NCBI RefSeq assembly: GCF_037042905.1
Contig: NC_087252.1
Span: 12,526,001 to 12,590,000 of the forward strand
Source of the DNA: Lytechinus pictus
Taxonomy: Eukaryota
Reading direction: 5' to 3'
DNA length: 64,000 nt
Below the pieces are notes generated by a model, which saw only the letters and a list, made by a program, of their open reading frames with translations, searched no databases and was not told the DNA's origin. The stretch's first letter is position 1, and the number at the start of each line of letters is the position of its first letter. The position numbers and the translations under genes were made by a program. Positions 12,601-23,124 of the stretch are shown here, piece after piece.

Positions 12601-15600
12601 GGCATGAAATCATATCTCCTATTCATACTCTATTCGAATATGAAAAGAAAAATTGGGGTCAACGGACTCCCTGAAGAGCTACAGTGAATTTTATATAGGC
12701 ATATTTTAGCCCATTTACGCGCGCGTAATGCAAATTTGAATGGACGCGCATTCCCGTATTATTGGTCGTAAGAGGCTGAATGAGGTATCAAATTAATCAG
12801 AAGACAATGGACAATGGAAAGACATGAAAGAAATGATGACTCGAAGATGCATAACGATGGTAGGTGCAAGAACGCGCACGCATACCTGTGCGCGCGCAAA
12901 TTCTTGACATGCTCAAAATGACCAGAAACGTACCCAAACTTGACCACGGTCGATTTGGGGAAATTTAAAATTTTGACGCGCGCGTACGTGCGCGTCGTGA
13001 CCTTTGCATGACCTCTGATGATATGTCCTGATGACCTGTCACCTGAACTTGATATGATGCAAATATGGATGATTTTTGATGATTAGTTGCGATGATATGA
13101 TCAATCATTTAATTTTACAAAATGGCGCCTAGATGACGTCATCATGATTTGATAACCTTGAAAAGCTTCCATTCCCATGTCTATAATGATGCCCATACAT
13201 GACATGAAAATCAAGGAAATTGACATGCCCGATTTTGAGATAGAGGTGGACAAAGATTTGGCAATAAAAATAAATAAAGTAAATTCTGACGAATATAATA
13301 GGTGATCTGTCATCTTAATGACAGACCACCTAAAAAGGACCAAAAAAAAAAAAAAAAAAAAAAAAGGGGGTCCAGCGAGGTTTGAACCACCGAACCCTGG
13401 TATACCAGTCAGGTGTGTTATCCAGTCGGCCACAGTGTGTTCGACAAGCACAGAGAGCAAAATAGGAAACATATTGTCAACTTGACATTGAATGTACATT
13501 CTTGCAATTCCAAATTGGCATGATGACAAAACTCTACAAATTCTAGTTTTGAGAATAGTACAAGCTTTAAAATGAAACAGTGGAGATATTGTCTAAAGGA
13601 TACATTCTAAGCTAAAACATATTGAAAATTTGGCGAGAACAGACCAAGATTTACGGAATTAAAATCAATTTAAATGACTGTGGTGACATCATGAAACAGA
13701 AAACACTTGTTCTTAGTTCCGACGCCATTTTGATGACGTCACGATGTAATTAAGAGTCAAATGTGGCATGAAATCATATCTCCTATTCATACTCTATTCG
13801 AATATGAAAAGAAAAATTGGGGTCAACGGACTCCCTGAAGAGCTACAGTGAATTTTATATAGGCATATTTTAGCCCATTTACGCGCGCGTAATGCAAATT
13901 TGAATGGACGCGCATTCCCGTATTATTGGTCGTAAGAGGCTGAATGAGGTATCAAATTAATCAGAAGACAATGGACAATGGAAAGACATGAAAGAAATGA
14001 TGACTCGAAGATGCATAACGATGGTAGGTGCAAGAACGCGCACGCATACCTGTGCGCGCGCAAATTCTTGACATGCTCAAAATGACCAGAAACGTACCCA
14101 AACTTGACCACGGTCGATTTGGGGAAATTTAAAATTTTGACGCGCGCGTACGTGCGCGTCGTGACCTTTGCATGACCTCTGATGATATGTCCTGATGACC
14201 TGTCACCTGAACTTGATATGATGCAAATATGGATGATTTTTGATGATTAGTTGCGATGATATGATCAATCATTTAATTTTACAAAATGGCGCCTAGATGA
14301 CGTCATCATGATTTGATAACCTTGAAAAGCTTCCATTCCCATGTCTATAATGATGCCCATACATGACATGAAAATCAAGGAAATTGACATGCCCGATTTT
14401 GAGATAGAGGTGGACAAAGATTTGGCAATAAAAATAAATAAAGTAAATTCTGACGAATATAATAGGTGATCTGTCATCTTAATGACAGACCACCTAAAAA
14501 GGACCAAAAAAAAAAAAAAAAAAAAAAAAGGGGGTCCAGCGAGGTTTGAACCACCGAACCCTGGTATACCAGTCAGGTGTGTTATCCAGTCGGCCACAGT
14601 GTGTTCGACAAGCACAGAGAGCAAAATAGGAAACATATTGTCAACTTGACATTGAATGTACATTCTTGCAATTCCAAATTGGCATGATGACAAAACTCTA
14701 CAAATTCTAGTTTTGAGAATAGTACAAGCTTTAAAATGAAACAGTGGAGATATTGTCTAAAGGATACATTCTAAGCTAAAACATATTGAAAATTTGGCGA
14801 GAACAGACCAAGATTTACGGAATTAAAATCAATTTAAATGACTGTGGTGACATCATGAAACAGAAAACACTTGTTCTTAGTTCCGACGCCATTTTGATGA
14901 CGTCACGATGTAATTAAGAGTCAAATGTGGCATGAAATCATATCTCCTATTCATACTCTATTCGAATATGAAAAGAAAAATTGGGGTCAACGGACTCCCT
15001 GAAGAGCTACAGTGAATTTTATATAGGCATATTTTAGCCCATTTACGCGCGCGTAATGCAAATTTGAATGGACGCGCATTCCCGTATTATTGGTCGTAAG
15101 AGGCTGAATGAGGTATCAAATTAATCAGAAGACAATGGACAATGGAAAGACATGAAAGAAATGATGACTCGAAGATGCATAACGATGGTAGGTGCAAGAA
15201 CGCGCACGCATACCTGTGCGCGCGCAAATTCTTGACATGCTCAAAATGACCAGAAACGTACCCAAACTTGACCACGGTCGATTTGGGGAAATTTAAAATT
15301 TTGACGCGCGCGTACGTGCGCGTCGTGACCTTTGCATGACCTCTGATGATATGTCCTGATGACCTGTCACCTGAACTTGATATGATGCAAATATGGATGA
15401 TTTTTGATGATTAGTTGCGATGATATGATCAATCATTTAATTTTACAAAATGGCGCCTAGATGACGTCATCATGATTTGATAACCTTGAAAAGCTTCCAT
15501 TCCCATGTCTATAATGATGCCCATACATGACATGAAAATCAAGGAAATTGACATGCCCGATTTTGAGATAGAGGTGGACAAAGATTTGGCAATAAAAATA

Positions 15601-16824
15601 AATAAAGTAAATTCTGACGAATATAATAGGTGATCTGTCATCTTAATGACAGACCACCTAAAAAGGACCAAAAAAAAAAAAAAAAAAAAAAAAGGGGGTC
15701 CAGCGAGGTTTGAACCACCGAACCCTGGTATACCAGTCAGGTGTGTTATCCAGTCGGCCACAGTGTGTTCGACAAGCACAGAGAGCAAAATAGGAAACAT
15801 ATTGTCAACTTGACATTGAATGTACATTCTTGCAATTCCAAATTGGCATGATGACAAAACTCTACAAATTCTAGTTTTGAGAATAGTACAAGCTTTAAAA
15901 TGAAACAGTGGAGATATTGTCTAAAGGATACATTCTAAGCTAAAACATATTGAAAATTTGGCGAGAACAGACCAAGATTTACGGAATTAAAATCAATTTA
16001 AATGACTGTGGTGACATCATGAAACAGAAAACACTTGTTCTTAGTTCCGACGCCATTTTGATGACGTCACGATGTAATTAAGAGTCAAATGTGGCATGAA
16101 ATCATATCTCCTATTCATACTCTATTCGAATATGAAAAGAAAAATTGGGGTCAACGGACTCCCTGAAGAGCTACAGTGAATTTTATATAGGCATATTTTA
16201 GCCCATTTACGCGCGCGTAATGCAAATTTGAATGGACGCGCATTCCCGTATTATTGGTCGTAAGAGGCTGAATGAGGTATCAAATTAATCAGAAGACAAT
16301 GGACAATGGAAAGACATGAAAGAAATGATGACTCGAAGATGCATAACGATGGTAGGTGCAAGAACGCGCACGCATACCTGTGCGCGCGCAAATTCTTGAC
16401 ATGCTCAAAATGACCAGAAACGTACCCAAACTTGACCACGGTCGATTTGGGGAAATTTAAAATTTTGACGCGCGCGTACGTGCGCGTCGTGACCTTTGCA
16501 TGACCTCTGATGATATGTCCTGATGACCTGTCACCTGAACTTGATATGATGCAAATATGGATGATTTTTGATGATTAGTTGCGATGATATGATCAATCAT
16601 TTAATTTTACAAAATGGCGCCTAGATGACGTCATCATGATTTGATAACCTTGAAAAGCTTCCATTCCCATGTCTATAATGATGCCCATACATGACATGAA
16701 AATCAAGGAAATTGACATGCCCGATTTTGAGATAGAGGTGGACAAAGATTTGGCAATAAAAATAAATAAAGTAAATTCTGACGAATATAATAGGTGATCT
16801 GTCATCTTAATGACAGACCACCTA

Positions 16825-17027
16825 ATAAAGAAAGAAAATTCTGGCGAAATCAATAGGTGATCTGTCGTTGACAGACCACCTAATAAAGAATAAAGAAATA
16901 AATAAAGAAAGAAAATTCTGGCGAAATCAATAGGTGATCTGTCATAGACAGACCACCTAATAAAGAATAATAAAGAAAGAAAATTCTGGCGAAATCAATA
17001 GGTGATCTGTCGTTGACAGACCACCTA
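16825..17027 (-). repeat. Three short (58-77 bp) stacked copies of a related HINE-like terminus
   Basis: aaattctggcgaaatcaa-taggtgatctgtc-(gtt/ata/gtt)-gacagaccaccta; hairpins at 16854-16882, 16931-16959 and 16999-17027, separated by A-rich tracts of variable length. Confidence 0.9.
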
Positions 17028-18430
17028 ATAAAACAGAATGGTGAAAGTTTGAAAGAAATCGGACAAGCAATAAGAAAGTTATGGCTGTTTTAAAACTGAG
17101 ATCTCTAAGACTATGTAGATTCCAAATTGGCAACTGGGTAAGTAAATTATGACAAGAGGCAAGGACAACTTTCTCATAGGCCATGTACTTTATTATCAGT
17201 GATTTGTGTTTTTCTCCTAAGTAGGGGAAGGCGGGGTAAGTTGTGAAACTTTGTATTTTGCATGTTAGAATTGATATGACTAACAATATTGTAGAAATAA
17301 GTACCTTGCCTTAAAATTTGATTCTTGTGAAATATTTTTCACCTATATATAACTTTCTAACCCCACACTGAAATTCATTGTGACCTTTGAAAAAAACGAT
17401 GTCAAATGGCTCAACTTGCCCCATATGTGGGGTAAGTTGTGCCACCTTCTGGGGTAAGTTGAGCCACAAAAACTCTGTACAAAATGTATGCAGGAAGAAG
17501 CAGCATGTCAATTTTTCATTTCAAGTCCTTTTACTTGCTAATTCTCTATAAATACTAGCATCCTCGAAAAGTAAAAGAACTGTCATGTGACTTTACACCT
17601 TTCTGCCTGCATATCAATGGATTTTGAAGTTTTTATTTTATTTTTTATTCTTATTACCATAAGAATTACCATGGCTCAACTTGCCCCATGTTGTCTGGCT
17701 CAAAGTACCCCAGTCCGAACTTCATGCAATATTTTCACATCCAGACATTTTTATGCATCCATCATTTAAAAGACTATGACAAGAATGAAGATCCATACCT
17801 GGACTAACAATATTGTTCTTATTTATTTATTATATATAAAGACATGTGTGGGTAAAAAGCACTTCTCTATTTTACACCCTTTTTTACTTTTTTGGCTGAA
17901 ATTTGTATTTTTCTGTCTAAGAAAGAACTCTTTGTCTCAAAGTCGAAAACAATATGGTTGGGTAAAGGGTTATGTAATGTGTCATCAATACATGACACCA
18001 CCACAATGTCTGACTCATTCATTATTGGCCTGGGGGTGGTGGCTCAACTTGCCCCTATACTCAACTTACCCCGCCTTTCCCTACTCATTCCCCTGGGGCT
18101 GAAATCTAAATATAGCCAAGGTAGTATATTGTTTTATGTCCTCATGAAAGGAAAATAGGATTTGAAGTAAGACATTTAAAAAAAATGTAATTTCAGTCAT
18201 TTTATGTATTGGAGTACATGAAAGAGTAGTCCTTGCCTTACATCACTTTGAAATCACATTTGTTGCCAATTTGAAATCTCCATAGATATAGTGATTACCG
18301 AGATTCACAACTTTTTAAAATTAATAACTTTCTTATTGTTTGTCCGATATTGTTCAAACTTTCACATATCAACCTGTCTGATTTTCCTTTTTCCTCTAAA
18401 AGCAAGTTTTTATTTGGGTTGGATTGCCCT
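17028..18430. mobile_element. Non-autonomous DNA transposon (MITE) ending CCCT-TTAA; its left tip is missing at the array junction
   Basis: 17040-17095 (gtgaaagtttgaaagaaatcggacaagcaataagaaagttat) is inverted relative to about 18320-18365. The right end is ttgggttggattgccct|ttaa. A second family copy lies at about 51283-54670. Confidence 0.75.
17224..18081. mobile_element. 858-bp MITE with TA target duplication, nested in the TTAA MITE
   Basis: TIRs ggggaaggcggggtaagttg / caacttaccccgcctttccc, flanked by TA at 17222 and 18082. The paralogous copy near 54280 shows the empty site (ctcctaagtac). The motif ggggtaagttg/caacttgcccc repeats internally. Confidence 0.85.
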
Positions 18431-18459
18431 TTAAGGCATTGATAATGTAGCAAACAAAA

Positions 18460-18690
18460 TACATATCCAAAAAAAAACATGTCCATAGTCTCGTACCAAA
18501 CGATTGGCAGATAAAAGTATTTACACGGGGTTACAAAACATTCATATGTCATACGACGATAATCTGTCGTGCCTGTGTATAAAAAGGGGAATGAATTCGA
18601 TTGCAAAATGTGAGATACTTTGTTTTCTGACTTCTATCTTATATTACTATTGAACCTTTCTTTTTTCCCATTTATGGAGTTAGAGATTTG
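18460..18690. repeat. Local duplication segment, copy A (continues at 25050-25475); contiguous copy B at 25815-26190; diverged partial copy at about 27950-28020
   Basis: Shared gtccatagtctcgtaccaaacgatt...gtcatacgacgataatctgtcgtgcctgtgtataaaaagggg...ttagagatttg. Confidence 0.85.
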
Positions 18691-19438
18691 GCTCATATTT
18701 GAATATTGTGTAGTTATTTGAAAAAATAGAAATCAATTTACCGTGTACCGTGTACAACGGTCAGTCATCAAATTCTAAATTGATTTCAACCAATTTTCCG
18801 CAATAAATTTTTCTCGACCCCTTTTCACCATCACTTGTAATGTAGTCAACATTTCAACTCCTTTTTTCCCAACTTGCAGAAGATACGACATTAATTGCCT
18901 CTCATGTAAGCTTTAAATTATTAATACATATGATGAATGAAGATCTTGATCTTGTTTATGACTGGGTTATTTATTATAAATTGTTTTTAAATATTTTGAA
19001 AACTTACAAAATAAACTGTTTCTGAACAGCTCTGAAGTAGATCAGTATTCTACTTTCAGTATTCTACTTTTTTATCTTTGCAGTTTTTATTCGTCACAAA
19101 AATAATAAAAGTATTCAAAACAGTTGCACTTCAATCAAACAGAACATTGTATAAGTACATACAAAATAATCTTAATTTACAAGAAAATTGTACCCTAGCG
19201 CTGCCGACAGAACGATCCATTAACCGAAGAAGAAAAGTGGTACGGTAATACCCAACGGTCCAGTATCGTCCTGGCGGCATCACCGGGGTAAAGCGCAACC
19301 CAAAAAATATGACATTTTCATGTATTAACATGACCGACAGTATGACATAAAAAACACCACTACAACATGAACAGAAGATAAAACAAAGTCACACAAAAAA
19401 AACGATTACACCAAATATTAATCTACAGCTGTTGCAAT

Positions 19439-22400
19439 TTATGCAATGGAAAAATACTTGTTTATGTTTTGCCATTTTACATTGTGTGTATTGAGTTTGT
19501 TTTTCTTTTTTGCAATAATTTCTTCAGTAACTTTTTAAGATAAAAGATAATAATTAAATTGTTTTAAACTAGGGAGAGTCTCTTGGTATTTACATCGCAA
19601 AATGAATTGTTTACCAAGTAAGATTAGGAAATTAAATGCTAAGGTGGATGGACTAAGTGGTTCTAGTAATCCAAATAAAACAGTATCTCGTGAAAGGAAA
19701 TAATTAGGATTAAAGTTAGTCACTCTCATACGCAACGCATTCCAAAAGGATGCTATTTTAGGGCATGCAAAAAACAAATGATCCAATGTATCGGGTGTCG
19801 CATTGCAAAAAGAGCATAATGCATTTGTTTTCTTTCCTATTTTTGTGAGCCATTCATTTGTAGGTATTAAGTTATTTAAAATTTTATAGTGTGTGATTCG
19901 AAGTCTGGTTTCAATAGTGATTCGTAATGGAAGAGTGAACAATTGGAAGTCTGTTGCCTATCGATGTTGTAAAGTTGATTAAAGCGAGTAAACACCTTGG
20001 AGGTTTCAGAGTTATTAATGTTTAAAAAAGTGCGATAAAATTGCTTCGTCGATATATTCTGAATTTGTCTAAATGCAGATTCACTGAAAAGAGAAGGGAA
20101 ATCCTCAGGTTCTTTTACAAGATGATGGTAGTTTTATTGAAAAAAAACTTCCAATTCCCTGGTATTATTTTATAGCAATCTAACAATTCAAAATACTCAG
20201 TAAACTTTAACCCCCTTTCCTTCGCTTCCCTCCAGCGTAGTGGGCGTCCAAATTCATCTAACATATCAGTAATTTTGGTGAATCCCTTTTCTTTTATGTT
20301 TGGTCTATAGATATATTTTCCTTTAAATGTGATATATTGATTGTTCCATATAAGCTCATTGGTAATATCTATTTTCCTTTCCAATAAACCCCATGTTTGT
20401 AAAATGTCTATCAACCAATTTGACACTTCAATATTCAAATATTTCATATCATAATTACAATAAAAATGTATTCTCCAACGACAGGTGACAACAATTCTAA
20501 ACATATATCTTTCCAGCCCTTCGAAGTTAAAGAGAAAAGTCTCGAAACCCATTTCATTTTCTGAGCTTGAATAATCGATTTGATGCAAGTCATCTTTAGC
20601 CCCCCGTCATCGTATTCTTTAACCAACACTTCACGTTTTACTCTATGAGGACCACCCCAAATGAATTCATACAGTAATGTGTTCACCTTATTAATAAATG
20701 AATAAGGTATAGATAATATGCTGGCTGCATAACAGCTGAGAGGTAGCAAAAGTTTTTACAATTTGGATTTTCCAGTATAATGATAAATTCCTGGCTTTCC
20801 ATAAATTTAGTTGAGATTTAATGTTGGATAGAATTCTTTGTAATTGCGCCATTCTATCCTCAAAAGAGTAAGAGATGTCGATTCCAAGAATTGTCAAAAC
20901 GTTAACAAACTTTAGATCTATTGGTATAGATGGGTTTTGCAAACTGAAATGTCCTTTAAACATTGCTTTCGTCTTATCGTAATTCAGTGAGAGTGACGAA
21001 CATAATTGAAAATCATTTAGAGCTTCCGTGAGGTGATGAAACGACTCAAAGTTTGACAAATAAACCGTTATGTCATCGGCGTACATAGACAACTTAGCTA
21101 ATATAAAAAGATATGGAGATAAAGGATCCCCCTGTCGTATTCCTTTTCCTACCGTAAAATATCCAGTTGAAACGTTATTGCTCATCACACAGCTTTCAAT
21201 ATTTTTGTAAAGAACATTGACAAAATTGCAATTTATTTTTCCAAAGTTAAAAGAATTTAAAACTTCTATTAAAAGTTGGTGGTTCAATGAGTCAAATGCT
21301 TTTTTAAAATCGAGGCTTAATAAAATACCGCCCAAGCGCTTAAGCCTAGTATAGAACATTGTCTCAAGTATTGTTCTCACGGCTTCACCTATGTATCTAT
21401 TTTTAACAAAAGCTACTTGATCAGGATGAATGATAGATGGTAAAATATTTTTCAGTCTCTGTACTGTGCTAAGGCTTTGGAGCCAATCTTGATATCAACA
21501 TTTAAGAGAGTTATGGGCCTATAATTTTCAATAAACATTTTATCCTTCCCTTTTTTTGCTATAAGTGTAATTATGCCTTGCCTCTGTGACGTAGACATCA
21601 TTCCTCGTTCAAAACTGTAATTAAGAGTATCTACGACCAACGGTCTAAGTTTGCTCCAAAAATGACAATAAAATTCGACGGTTATTCCGTCGTTACCGGG
21701 TGATTTGTTCTTAGCCATGGCAAATAGAGAAGAAGTACATTCCGAAAGAATTAATTCTTTCTCGCATAAGTCACGCTGGTTTGGCTATAACTTGGGTATA
21801 CAATTTGACTCCAAAAACTTACAGTTACTAAACGATTTGGGGTCTTCTGTTTTATATAAGTTTGCATAGAAATTCTTAATGTGAGTATTCACTTTCAAAG
21901 TATCGGTTAAAATTTCACCCCCTACTTTTAGTCTGTTTATTGTTATCTTGCCTTGTTGGCTTTTTCCAAGTTTAAAAAGAATTTGCTGTTTTTTTTCCTC
22001 CATATTCTGTGCGGGACCGGATTATTATACCATGAGTTATACGGTCCATGTGCGCTTCATAATCTAGGTTAGCCTTTTCATATTCGTCAACATATTTTTC
22101 ACCATCTTTATCCACCAAAATCTGAAGATGTTTTAATTTTCCTTCTAACTCCCTTTTCTGCTCTCTTAAAATTTTAGCTCTATTTATACTTTATTTCCTA
22201 GAGAATAAACGGATATTATATTTCAGAAATTTCCATCTCATACGTATGTCTTCAAATTGAACTGATTCGGTTATCCAATTGTCTATATTTTCAGACATTT
22301 TTACACGAAACTGTTCATCATCTAAAAGACTATTATTACATTTCCAGTTGATTGACAAAGGTCGTTTCTTTTTTGATAATTCGATAATAAGTATAATTGC

Positions 22401-23124
22401 AGAATGATCTAAACTCATACCGGGTATAATATCAGTTTTTTAGTATGAAATCTTGTAGATTATCAGAAATAAACCAAAAATTAAGTCTACTTTGTATTAA
22501 CGGATGGCTTTGCCGCCAAGTGTATCTCCTCAATAACGGATTCCTTAATCTCCAAATATCAACTAAATCAAAATTATTCTGTATCTCATTAATAGTATCA
22601 CTGATATCATTATGGAGGTGAGGGTTTCCACCCATTCTATCCAAATCTACATCTAACATGGTATTAAAATCTCCCCCAATCACAACCGGTATAGTTTTTA
22701 TGTCGTTTATTGATAGCAAATTATCATTTATTTGCTTGAAGAATTGCTTTTGATCTGCGTGTTTATCTGCCGTGGGCGCATATATGTTCAATAAAATATA
22801 TTCATTGTCATCTATTTTAACCCGTAAAAGGATAAACTTTCCTTCACTCGAAATTTGCTTGTATAATATTTTAAAGTTCAAGTCATATTTAAAAAGTGTA
22901 GTTACTCCACAACTATGACGAGACCCGTAGGAAAATACCATGTCCCCTTTCCACCGAGACGACCAAAGATTAGTTATATCATCAGAGCTATATGTCTCCT
23001 GCAGGAATATCACATCTGCATTGATATCTTCCAGCCAATGAAAAACTTTATTCCTTTAAAAATTTGATCTAATGCCTCTTACATTTAGCGACAGAAATTT
23101 CAACTTTGTTTCTTTAATAATCAT
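19439..23124 (-). pseudogene. Decayed L1/Tx1-clade non-LTR retrotransposon ORF2 (APE endonuclease, reverse transcriptase, C-terminal Cys domain)
   Basis: Starts MIIKETKLKFLSLNVRGIR at 23124. Endonuclease motifs FLQET, NIYAP, IGGDFN. RT motifs KSPGNDG, NYRPITLLN, DFKKAFDS, GIRQGDPLSPYLF, YADD. C-terminal CSFC..DTLDHLFFAC. Many frameshifts and stops. The 3' UTR extends to an AATAAA near 19085. Confidence 0.95.

Larger units (their letters stand above)
1..16824. repeat. Tandem array of a 1164-bp unit, about 14.5 copies, continuing beyond the left window edge; probably Helentron/HINE-derived satellite
   Basis: Sequence and ORF track recur exactly every 1164 bp (297, 1461, 2625 ... 15429). The only difference I found by eye is A23G6 instead of A24G5 at 6381 and 12201. 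The array stops right after the 15th hairpin (16791-16824). Confidence 0.97.

Noticed and set aside
297..16853. Repeated 142-aa and 62-aa minus-strand ORFs in the array
   Set aside because: They use non-ATG starts, run through a T24 homopolymer (poly-Phe) and the terminal hairpin, and show no domain. They recur only because the DNA is repeated.
16791..17027. CRISPR-like appearance of palindromic repeats with intervening sequence
   Set aside because: The intervening parts are near-identical A-rich tracts rather than unique spacers. There are no cas genes and the context is eukaryotic.
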